A stretch of DNA of 64,000 nucleotides from Octopus sinensis (lineage: Eukaryota): NCBI RefSeq assembly GCF_006345805.1, contig NC_042997.1, forward strand, positions 4,216,001 to 4,280,000, given 5' to 3'. Shown here in pieces: positions 52,606-64,000 of this stretch. The notes under the pieces are model-generated. The model worked only from the letters and a program-made list of their open reading frames with translations, was not told the origin of the DNA and ran no database searches. The translations under genes and the position numbers were made by a program. Each line of letters begins with the position of its first letter. The first letter of the stretch is position 1.

Positions 52606-53448
52606 TATACGGGCAGTTGCCCAAAGGAAACTGGCATTTTGAAATATTATTTAATTCACTTAGTTTTATATGCCTACACATTGTCGCCTTCAAAAAATTC
52701 TGCAGCTGAAGCAATGCCTCGGTTCAGACGCGTTTTTCTCTGTTCGAAGCAGTTCTACGAAGTAATGCATTTTAAAGCCTCTGTGTTATTTTTTTTCTCA
52801 TCTCTTCCACACCTGCAAATTCCGTAGCACCAGCTTTCTTCACCAGTGATGACCTTTAAAAATAAAAGATCTGGATCAACTTCCTTCAGTTCACGGCACG
52901 CATTCAGTCGTTATTGCTTTTGGCCTTCCGTGAGCCATCGAGGTACAAAATGCTTTCATTTTCAATTCCTCGTCCAAAATTCGTTGGGAGGAGCTCCAGG
53001 ACACATCAGTCATATAAATAAGTTGGTCAATTGTTCAGTGATGGTTCTCCAAGATAAGTTCATTCATTTTCATGATGTTATCATTCGTTCGGGAGGTCGA
53101 CGGTCGCCCCAAACGAGGTTGGTTCTCAAGCGACAAATGGCTATGCCTAAAGTATGAAAAATACATGGAAACTTGTGTTTTGCTCATGGCAGCGGACATT
53201 AAGCAGTTTCAATTATGACAACTATTTCACTGAAAAACGCTGTTCCTTCATTTCACCTATCGCAAAATCAAGAGAGAAGTACTGCAAAATAAAGTCACAT
53301 CACGTGGCAGTATGACGTTTGTGGAGGACGGTGGTCAGCACACTGATGCATAGAGGTCTTATGACGTGGCGTCTAGCGGCGGAAACCCGAACTACAACAG
53401 GCTTCTGCCATTAAGAACTTTCCCGGTTACTTTTGGGTACCCCTTGTG
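52606..53448 (-). mobile_element. Internally deleted mariner element with degenerate TIRs
   Basis: Minus strand 'LENQPRLGRPSTSRTNDNI', 'FVPRWLT', 'KVITGEESWCYG' joined almost directly to the C-terminal 'CFEQRKTRLNRGIAS'. TIR-like ends at ~52608 and ~53425-53448. Confidence 0.82.
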
Positions 53449-54249
53449 TGCTTGGTAGATTGGCACTGATTTTCAACTCAATCAACTTTCAAATTCCCTC
53501 TTCGCCCATTCATCTATAAAACGCTTATATAATTGCATTTCTTTCCACAGAGTTTTCCGTTTTATTGACTTCGTTAATTGGTTTTATTTTAGTTGATTAT
53601 AAATGCAACTGCTACTCTCTTTCACCATTAGATATTATTGCATCTTCTAGTCCGCATTATATGATACAAGTAGGCAGTAAGAACAGAAAACTAATATAGT
53701 TTTATCACACGTTCTAAATGTCGTTTCTTCTTAGTAACGGCTGATTTAAATTATTCATTGTTGCGCATTATAATTCGTTACTTACACTCATATACTTTGT
53801 GTGGTGTAGCATTTGGTTAAGATCGGATCTGCATCGGTGTTTTGATCATATTAAAATGTGAATGTTATATCTGTTTGTTCTCAAACAGATTCGTCCTTAT
53901 GCACGTAACGCAAATGCCATCAGCTCTACGGTGATAATCTCAGGTACACCTGCACTAAAAGTGTTTAGAAATGTAATCCATTACTAGAAATGTTAAACAA
54001 TTTCGGTGTATTAATTATCAGCTTGCATGCAATGGCAGATAAGTAACGTACTTGGAACTAAAGGAAATTTGCTTCGCTATCCCTTACCCATTTGCTTTCG
54101 GCATGAAAATTGTTCCTGAATGTTCAACTTTTTATCGAATAACCAGAGGATGAAAGCGTAACGTGCATATTATTGCGAACGTAAGCGCACACTCATACGA
54201 AGATACAAACACACGAACACACCAATATCTTTATGATATATAGATATCA

Positions 54250-54514
54250 CACATTATAAAATATGCGCACACATACAGTCACATTCACACACACACACAC
54301 ACACGTACACACGCGTGCACATACACACGCGAGCACACATACACAAGTGCACAAACACACACACATTTATGTATAACCATATATATATATATATGTATGT
54401 ATATATATATACATATATATATATACATGTATACATATATATATATACATTTATATACATGTATATATATATATATATACATGTAAATATACATATATAT
54501 TTATATATATATAT

Positions 54515-54560
<46 letters not shown>
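54250..54560. repeat. (CA)n/(TA)n compound microsatellite
   Basis: Directly visible. Confidence 0.95.
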
Positions 54561-55496
54561 ATATATAGAACATAAGAATAAAAATCACAGGATATTTACG
54601 GGGTAGGCAACATGCTATCAGAATTTATATGTCATTTATACGTTAAATTATAGATATGTATCTAATTATATTAAGGGAGTAAGGGGAAAAACGACCTCTC
54701 TCCAGCCTGCTTGATTTGCCGACACTTAAAAAAAAAATACCAAAACCTCCAGATAAATATACACATGGCTGAAAGCGGGCTAGTGTAAGAATATTAGAAA
54801 GACCTCAAGTTAAATGTCAATTGGTTCCAATTTCTGAATTACATCATAATCAGTTATTTTTTGTCCTTCCTCAATACAAAACACGGGAAACGTAAATACA
54901 AATAATTGTACATATCATACAAAGCAGATTCACACGTCTATAAACAGATATTTGCACGTACAAATCCAACACATGTCAATTTTAAATCCCCTTACCAGAG
55001 CTACGTGTATATTATGAGAATAGCCAAGCAGTAAATGGTGTTCTGGTCTCGAGAAAAAATAATTAAATCATTCTACTTTGTTTATTCATTCATAATAGAG
55101 AATAAGGATAAAAATCACGTTAATGATTTTTATCAGTTATTCAGCATGCTATCAACGTGTACAGGTAATTTATACATTAACTTAATAATAATATACATAT
55201 GTATATAATCATAGTAAGTGAGCAAGGGCGAAAACGTCCTATCTCCAGAAAACTTAAAGTGCCGAGATCTTCAAACACCTAACAAACCTCAAGATAAATA
55301 TGGACATGTCTGCAAGCGGTCCAGTAAAGGAATATTAGAAAGACCTCCCGTTATATCTATCTGGAGCTTTTGGAAGCTTTTTGAAGGTCTTGGCACGTCA
55401 AGCATGCTGGATGTAGGCCATTTTCGCCCTTGGTCCCATAATATAATTATATACATATGTATATTATTATTAATTATATATATACATATATACATC

Positions 55497-55632
55497 TTGC
55501 TTACCAACCACATGGTTCTGGGTTCAGTACAACTGCGTGGAAACTTGGGCAAGCCTCTCCTAGTATAGACTCAGGCCGCCCAAGGCTTGTGACTGGATTT
55601 GTTAGACGGAAACTGAAAGAAGCCCGTCGTAT
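55497..55632 (+). mobile_element. Composite SINE head (family E), followed by a microsatellite
   Basis: 'cttgcttaccaaccacatggttctgggttcagtacaactgcgtggaaacttgggcaagc...gacggaaactgaaagaagcccgtcgtat'. Confidence 0.85.
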
Positions 55633-55635
55633 ATA

Positions 55636-55687
<52 letters not shown>

Positions 55688-56479
55688 ATATATATTATAT
55701 ATATATATATATGTATATATATATAATATATATATATACATATATATATGTATGTATATATATATATATATATATACATACATATGTATATATGTGTGTG
55801 TGTGTGTGTGTGTGCTATTAACGTGACGCACCCTTATGCTTTAAACACAATTATATACCCCTGAAATGGCCATAGGGAGTGTAAATATGGTCTTCTCTTT
55901 TTTAACTATAAGGCCTCTCTTATTTGAAAAGTAATTTTATAAGATTTTCTAAACGATGAAATTTTATTTTATTTTACATTATATATTATATATTTTTATA
56001 TGCTTCTTATATATATATATAAATATATATTTATATACCGATATATTTCTATATTACTTTATACTATATTTTCACGTATTTACTTTCTAGGTTTTGTAAT
56101 GGTTTTTTTTTTAAATATATTTTTCTTGATCGCTAAAGTATTAGCTTTTAACCGTGATGAACTGTATTCACACATTTTTCACGCACTTTCTTATATGCTT
56201 GTACAGATGAGTTACGTTCTATCTTCCGTGATGTTTAAATGTATATTCTATGATTAAATGTTCGAGTTATGAAATGTTATGTGGATGACCTTGCATTTGT
56301 TTGTTCTATAACCTTAGTTTTATACATACATATACATATATATGTATTTATATATATATATATATATACATATATATAGAAATTTATATACATATATACA
56401 TATATATCCTTCCTTTGTGTTTACGGTTAATGTATGAACAATATTCATACTCATACAAGTGTTCATTGAACATTCTGTA

Positions 56480-57050
56480 TTCTGTCTCCACGAACATTTT
56501 TTAGATATAGTTGGACGTGTTACAGCCCTGGTGACATTTTCAGTCGTTGTTACACGCTTGGCTATATCACTATTGTTGGTACAATCACGATGTCGCCGCA
56601 GGGAGATTTTAAAATCCTGTTGGTATTTCCTTTCTTGTACTTTTGATGTATATATTTGCTGTAATTTCTATTTATCGACCCGGAAGTCGTTCGCCAGTCA
56701 TAATATAGAATTTCCCGGTGTGTCATTGAACAGTTGATTCATTTAACTGTTATTAATGCGGTGCAAATGCTGCTCTATAGTAATAGAGTTAGTGTATGGT
56801 ACCTTCACTGTGGGTTTTTCGAAAAAAAATGTGTAGTATCTATTTGATTTTGCGAAGCATTTGTCGAACACTGCAAACAATGTCCCTAGCGATCTTCAAT
56901 GAAATATTAGAACCGTAGATTGGATTGTACCGGAGATAATCATGATTCTTATATTCGTTCTTTGTCTTTTTTATTCTGGAGTGCTGTACGGGGTTAGGAC
57001 AATTTATGGTGTAAGTAGTAATACAGTGTCTCTAAATTTTGGTTTCTAGT
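56480..57050 (-). mobile_element. Possible degenerate PLE fragment
   Basis: Weak motifs only ('KPTVKVPYT', 'CNND*KC...YRMFNEH'). Confidence 0.3.
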
Positions 57051-57185
57051 TTAATGACTTGAGCAATATTTTTGACCTGTATTTTCGATCTGAGTCAGTT
57101 CAATTACTCTAGCATTGTATTGGCATGTAATGTGTATTATTAGTGGAGAATCTTGTATATATATATATATTATATATATATATAT

Positions 57186-57228
<43 letters not shown>

Positions 57229-57264
57229 CATATAATATGAAGATAAATAAGCAGACACACACAC

Positions 57265-57296
<32 letters not shown>

Positions 57297-57297
57297 G

Positions 57298-57515
57298 ATG
57301 ATGATGATGGCCGTCCACTCGTGACCGAGGAAGACCATTGCCGACCTTCAGGAACATTGTGCCCTCTAGGACTAACTTATATTTTGCATTTGCGGCTCCG
57401 TTGGTGGCTAATGAGCCTCGCTTATGACAAGCATACACGACTGCAAACATTGCAGACCAAGCTTTCCCCATTCACTATACGAGCCGTGCGCTTTCGCGCA
57501 GCTCGCTTAAGTTCT
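57298..57515 (-). mobile_element. RTE-type LINE 3' end with single zinc finger and (CAT)n tail
   Basis: 'ELKRAARKRTAR...LVCNVCSRVCLS*ARLISHQRS', then a 3' UTR 'gtcttcctcggtcacgagtggacggccatcatcat'. Confidence 0.75.
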
Positions 57516-57545
57516 ATACATATTCATACTCACGCACACACACGC

Positions 57546-57580
<35 letters not shown>

Positions 57581-57619
57581 ATTATATATATATATATACA
57601 TATGATATATATTATATCA

Positions 57620-57960
57620 TTTTCCTAATCAAGGGCCAAGGCCTGAAATAATGGGGAAGGAGGCCAGTTGATTAGATCGACCCCAGTACGCAATTGGTAC
57701 TTAATTTATTGATTTCGAAAGGATGAAAAGTAAAGTGAACCTCGGCGGAATTTGAACTCAGAACGTAGCGGCAGACGAAATACCTATTTCTTTACTACCC
57801 ACAAGGGGCTAAACACAGAGGGGACAAACAAGTACAGACAAATAGATTAAGGATGAAAGGCAAAGTCGACCTTGGTGGAATTTGAACTCAGAACGTAGTG
57901 GAAGACGAACTACCGCTAAGCATTTCGCTTGCCGTACTAACTTTTCTGCCAGCTCGTCGC
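57620..57960 (-). mobile_element. Family C SINE dimer
   Basis: Two body units joined by the 'cttgtgggtagtaaagaaatagg' spacer; head at 57960. Confidence 0.88.
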
Positions 57961-58084
57961 GTTCGTAAAGACACAAGATGTACCGCTGAGCATTTCTTTC
58001 GGTGTGCTAACGTGTCCGTCAGTTCACCGCATTGTATATTTAATATAATATAATACAATGCTATGTAACATAATATATAAATAG

Positions 58085-58490
58085 GGCGCTGAGCTTGCAG
58101 AATCGTTAGCACGACGGGTGAAATGCTCAGCGGTATTTCGTCTGCTGCTACGTTCAAAGTAGAAATTCCCCCGGGGCCAACTTTGCCTTTCATCCTTTCG
58201 GCGTCGATTAAATAAGTACCAGTTACGTTATGGACTCGATATAATCGACTTCATGCGTTTGTCTCTCCTTGTTTGTCCTCTCTGTGTTTAGCCCCTTGTG
58301 GGTAGTAAAGAAATAGGTATTTCGTCTGCTGTTCCGTTGTGAGTTCAAATTCCGCCGAAGTCGACTTTGCGTTTCATACTTTCGCGGTCGATTAAGTAAG
58401 TACTAGTTACGCACTGAGGTCGATGTAATCGACATAATGCCTTTGTTTCTCCCGTCTAGTTTTAAACCCCTGGGCAATAAATAAATAAAT
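58085..58490 (+). mobile_element. Family C SINE dimer
   Basis: Head 'gctgagcttgcagaatcgttagcacg', two body units and the same spacer; inverted relative to 57620-57960. Confidence 0.88.
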
Positions 58491-59792
58491 ATAATATATA
58501 CATACACATAGACATGTAGAACCGCAGATGGATGGCGGGGGAGAAAGACAAGTAGAGAAGCCGTGCTTCTGCAATCTATTACTCAAAAGCAACCAGTCTT
58601 ATACAGAAATACGTGCCGAAAGATGTAAAATAGTTAGAATTAACACTAAAAATATGAATATGTTTGTCATTAAGTTTGAGGTCGTACTCTTCTATTTGCA
58701 TATTTTATTGAACTGATTATACCCAAAGACTTTTCATACTAAATATCTATAGATTGTATGTATGTGCACTAAATCAAAAACCAATATAATAAACACCCTT
58801 ACACGATTGAAAGAATATACGCATAAACACGTGCGTGCATACAGAGACACACATCCACACAGTAATTCATACTATCAAAAATAACATGCACACAGTCTTT
58901 CAGAGTTAAAGAACACGCAAACACACAAAAGTTTGAGACATAATTGAACTTATTGACAGGCAATATTTTGTTTCATGTGAGAGTAGTTAGGTATTTTTCA
59001 TTCTGACCTCTTTCGAATTCTATTTGTCTCCTCGTATATTTTACTTACTTTCTTTCAAATACTTATCTCTAATACACTCAAAAGCACGCAATCGCATATG
59101 CGAACACAATCGCCAATACGCACCTAAAGCGACACACAAATACACACTCTTACAGAGAGATAGATTTAATACGTTTGACAAACTAAACCTTCGGGAAAAT
59201 AATTCTGCATGATGCATTATTATACACCACGTACCTAAATGCACACTACACACACTTTAGCATGCACATACAAAATATGGGTTATATGTAATCCTGTACA
59301 TCTAACTAGTAAATGGTGACTTTCTATGCATTCGCTCACAGCTCTTCGCTCATTAATATAAGTCGATTTCATAAATTGACTACTATCATAATTTCTTCTA
59401 TAATAACAATTGATTGTATACTCTGCATAATTTTTGTATCCAGTGTGATTTAAATTTAATCTATTCGGCACTTTACCAATATTTAGAATTTTGAGGTTAC
59501 AAAACGAAATGTGATGTCACTACCAGAAATTACTATGTACGTACCGGTTACCAGTGTTACAGTGCTACATTTAGCGGTTATCTAAGCAATGTATTCGTGG
59601 ATTTGTATGTGATTGTAACTTTGAAGTTCGTCAAATATTCCGATAGCATATGTACCTTGTTTAAATATAAATACGTTCCGGTGACAATTTATTCGATAAA
59701 TTTTTGAAAACTGTACCCCCAATATAGCCACAGTCTAATGAGAGGAAAAAGAAAAACTTAAAAGAGAAAAGATTATACAAACGGAAATAGAA

Positions 59793-59827
<35 letters not shown>

Positions 59828-61045
59828 ACGGAGAATGAAAGAGAGAGTACAGAGAGAAACTGTAAAACTTTATGCAATATAGTTTAACATTTGAGACTGA
59901 AGGTGCTGTTTTATTCCGTCTCTGAAATCTAGTTAGTCGTATCTCACCTCTGTTACTGCCAAAATAAATCAATTAATCAACAGTATCGTGACTGTCAACA
60001 GTGTATTTAAGGAGTTCTGCTTCAAATTTTTACATCTCGAGATTTTATGGAGCTTGGCGGTTAATCACGGGATTAATGAATGATTTATCCACAGTTTCCT
60101 ATATCGAAAGCGTGACATTAGAGCTAAGCGACTCGTTGCGATTAGATAATATTGACAAGGACCAGTGCGTTCAAATTCTTCTGGCGTTCTCACTAGCCGG
60201 GAGTAGATTTCATCTCCCTCCTTTTTATCATGTGTATTTAACATTGCATATTCATCTGTTACCTGTATATACTTATACATAAACATGTCTATATTGGTGA
60301 TATTTATAATCCTAACAATAATTCTATTGAACATTTTCTGGCAAAATGATATCCATAATTTCACAAAGCAAATAGAAATGGTGACACGTTAAACGAAGCT
60401 AACTATTTAAATTCCAATGTAGTTTGTGAAGATAAAGGTTTACACAATACCTGTGTGATACATACTGTTATCAATTATTGATCAGTTTTAACTTCCTTGG
60501 TTGTTATTTGTTTTTAACCAACAATTTTAGGCATGATTTGGCTTTATATTTATATATGCACTGCAAAGTGATTGTGCTGTAGTTTGCAGTGATGTGTTTT
60601 ACTCCTTGTCCGACCTTTGATACGCGTACTTCTCAGACCATACTTGTTTTAAGTAGTTTCCTTTTAATGGAGCAGTCATTCTTCTTACGAAATCGCATGT
60701 GTTGGTGGTTATTTGATGCTGTTTAGAGACGCTATGGTTAATTTTCATTTCCGTATAGACGGAACCTGCTTTTGTGTTCCTTCTCCTCCGTCATTTACAA
60801 AACCTTTCGAATTTTTAAAAAAACTTTTTAAAACATAAATATTCTTGACAAGTCATACAATGACGAAAACCGGTTGAATAAATATATATTTATATATTTT
60901 ATCAATTTCCCATTTTATTAAAATTTTCTTTCATTTGAGCATTCTGCATTTTTTAAAAAAATTTTCCTTAGTTATCATTTCTCCACGTGCGGTCAACACA
61001 ACCCCACCATTTATTGAACTATATATATATATATATATATAATAT

Positions 61046-61088
<43 letters not shown>

Positions 61089-61089
61089 G

Positions 61090-61217
61090 ATGGACCACTC
61101 ACAAGGTTGTGGTCGGTCTGACGCTATAGTAGAAGACACTAGCCCATGGTGACACGCAGTGAGACTGAACCCGGAACCATGTGGTTGGGAAGCAAGCTTG
61201 TTACGACACGGCTACAC
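61090..61217 (-). mobile_element. Family E SINE head
   Basis: Reverse complement 'gtagccgtgtcgtaacaagcttgcttcccaaccacatggttccgggttcagtctcactgcgtgtcaccatgggctagtgtcttctactatag'. Confidence 0.85.
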
Positions 61218-64000
61218 CTCCGTGGATGTGTGTGTGTGAGTGTATTAGTGTTTACATGCATTAATATTAATCTTATGCGCTACACAGAACTGCGTATTAG
61301 CTGAACATTTTTGTAGGAATTAAACCGTGATGCATTATATTTTCAATTATCTTGTGACATTTTATTTTCCAAGTATCCTACCACACACACTCGCATACGT
61401 TAATATCTACGTGTAAACACATTTGTAGACAACAAATCGTATGTGGCGATGTCTTGTGCACTGTGCTTCATTAAGTTTATATGCATTGTTTAAACATTGA
61501 TTTATCAATTTGGAAAAACACCAAAATACCCGGTTATTTGGTGAAACTAGAGATTTAAAAGGACGCGATAATTTGTGCATCGATAATATTAATTACTCTG
61601 TTGGAACTACTCCAAGGTTGGGTTCAGCTATTTATTGACCATTGAAGATAACCAATAGAGCTATCATAGGTTAGGCAAGGACCAATTTGTTAAAAGATAT
61701 TACTATTAAGAAAATCGATCTGCATTGTTTAAATTTAACCGAGGTTAAATATTTCATAGAAAACATATACGTATAAATGTGTGTATTTCCTTACACTTAC
61801 GTTTACAAATGCACTCACACAATGACACACACGCGTATCTTTTATTTCTGGGGAAAATAAACGTTATCTGTCGGGGAAATGTAGGTTATGTGTCTCTGTC
61901 TTTCCTCATCTCTCTCTCCTTCTTCCTCTTCCGCCACCTCTTCCTCTTCTTTTTCTTCTTCTCTTTCTTCTCCTTCTCTCTGTCTATCACGCTGTCTCTC
62001 TTACTCATTCACTCAGTTTTTCTTTCTATCTCTCACATCGCTGTTCCTCTCAATGGATTTCTCAATGTGCCTCGTACGTTGCCAATCTTAATGCAGAAAT
62101 GGTACATTTGTTTCACTATGTTGTCAACGGCTCAGTACAGAAAGTTATTTCATGTTTTGTACAAAATGATACATTAGCTGGCGTGTAAAGATTGATAGGT
62201 AGTGAAGCAGAGTTTAAACGTGTTTGCCTTACATTTCGTTTGTTAGCGATGCGCATTAATTTGCTAAATTTCTGAATGAACATATATTTCATTAATTTGT
62301 AAAGAGTGTGTCATGCATAACATGTCGTTAATATTGCTATGGAAAGATAACTTGTAACATCAACAATCTTCTCACAGAAAACGGAAAAGTAAGACAACTT
62401 GATTAGATTTCTAACGTGCATTCATTTTAAGTTACCTTTCTTATATGTAAAATAGGAAAACAAATAGCAAAAGTTGCTCTTCCTGCTTTCAAATTCTACT
62501 TTGTACTATACATTATCTGTTTAGATATACTGATGAAAATATTGTAAAAGTACAGCCTATATTTCAAATTCCTTTTGTAGCAGCTTGTGGTATCCTGAGT
62601 TATATCGCTCTAGGGTAATAAAAGTAGAAACTCCTGATAAACTGTCAATAATTGATGCATAATCTGTAGTGCATATGGTCTTGACTAACACTCAACACAT
62701 CTAATTATTAAACCGCAAACGAAGTAGTGTCGCATTTCAAAGTGGCTTAAAAAGAAATGATTATTTAATCATAATTGATATATTTAATCAAATACATTAG
62801 TTTCCTTTATTATTGCAAAATAATACCATTTATTACGCAAATTGTACAACTCTCGAGTGTAAAGTAACTCAGGTTTCGAATATATAATTTGTCACGTTTA
62901 AACATTTCGTAATCAATAAACTCTTTTCCCAATAAACTATGATGAAACTCTCTAAAAATGACGATATTCAGATAAAGTAAGCTCAAGAGAGTAAAATGGA
63001 TGAGGCAAACATGTATATTTAGCTTCAATGTTTTCAAAAGTGTCTTGGGCAACATATGATCTTACATTATCGTGTAAGAGCAGCATGTTTATCATTTGAT
63101 AATAGATGAGCGCTTTAATCTACGATTTTCTGTACAATGCTTGCAATTGACACCAACTCTTTTCAAATACTTAGATGTGACATATCATAAGAAATGCAAC
63201 CTTTCTTATCCCACCAAAAATGGCAGTAACTATTCTCGTTTTCGACCCATTTTTCATGAATTGTGATGAGTAAATCCCAAAAGGATTTCCTACAAATATA
63301 CTTTGCAATGACGAGTATAGACCAACGCTTCATTACGATGAGCTGCTGTGAGTGTATGAGAAATCCACTGACCAAATAAAGAAACTCTTAGTTTTTGAAG
63401 ATGTTTTATGGCACAAGTTTAACATGAATTAAACTGTTTTATTTTTCATCGAGCAATTGGCTTCGTGCTCGCATAGACTACAATTACCTTAAGCAGAATA
63501 TTCATAGAATTTTGTCTTCCAGATTCAGGAAGAGTTATCAATTCTACATAGACAAAACTTTTTTTAGTACAGAAGCATAGTTATAAAATAAATTTCATTG
63601 CTTTAGTGCTAAAGCAATGATCTTAATGTATATTATCTGCTAGATGCGGATGATTCAGAAAGTATAAGCTACGATAAATTTAGGACATACAATATATGTT
63701 CGAAAAATCATTCACTAGAATAATATACCTGTATTTTAATATTATTCTGGAGCTAGTTCCCTAGCTGAGTAAATAATATTTTTTTTTACCGCAGTTGTCA
63801 ATTTTAGTAATCCCGTCACTATTCAATTTAATATGCATGTGCATATATATGTTTATGTGTGTATATTTGTGTGAAATATACGTGATAAATATTCGTCGAT
63901 ATCAACAATTCCATTAGAAACATAAATTGTATAAACAAGATAGGATTATGTGGAAATCAATTATGTTCATTTTAAAAAAATATTATTTCCAAATATACCT

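Noticed and set aside
53889-53943. Plus-strand candidate exon IRPYARNANAISSTVIIS
   Set aside because: Weak donor (gtacac), short and unlinked to any other exon.
60001-60364. Overlapping 93-aa and 99-aa ORFs in a slightly CpG-richer segment
   Set aside because: No recognisable motif or splice context; promoter status cannot be judged from sequence alone.

Overview
AT-rich, microsatellite-dense animal DNA that is almost entirely non-coding and repeat-derived. The SINE families resemble those I recall from octopod cephalopods, but this is inference and not a database hit. No intact host gene can be called with confidence, and most listed ORFs are microsatellite or antisense artefacts. Contents: (i) at least four Penelope-like retroelements (PLEs), including a near-full-length copy at about 14905-19205 (-) with RT, GIY-YIG and terminal direct repeats; (ii) five R4/Dong-type RLE LINE fragments, four with (AAT)n at the sense-strand 3' end and the fifth starting right after an (AAT)n tract, plus CR1-type, RTE-type and HERO-like LINE fragments; (iii) mariner/Tc1 relics; (iv) several modular tRNA-derived SINE families; (v) several long foldback structures. 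The most interesting signal is a hammerhead-ribozyme-like motif with a non-canonical core (CUGUUGAA instead of CUGANGA) in the PLE terminal repeat. Its predicted cleavage site lies 2 nt from the element's 5' boundary, and two related solo copies occur elsewhere in the window. Other leads are microsatellite-targeted R4 insertion, a pri-miRNA-like hairpin (30664-30762), a perfect 149-bp inverted repeat, a triple zinc-finger LINE tail, head-to-head SINE arrays and weak candidate host exons. Element boundaries are read by eye and are approximate unless stated.
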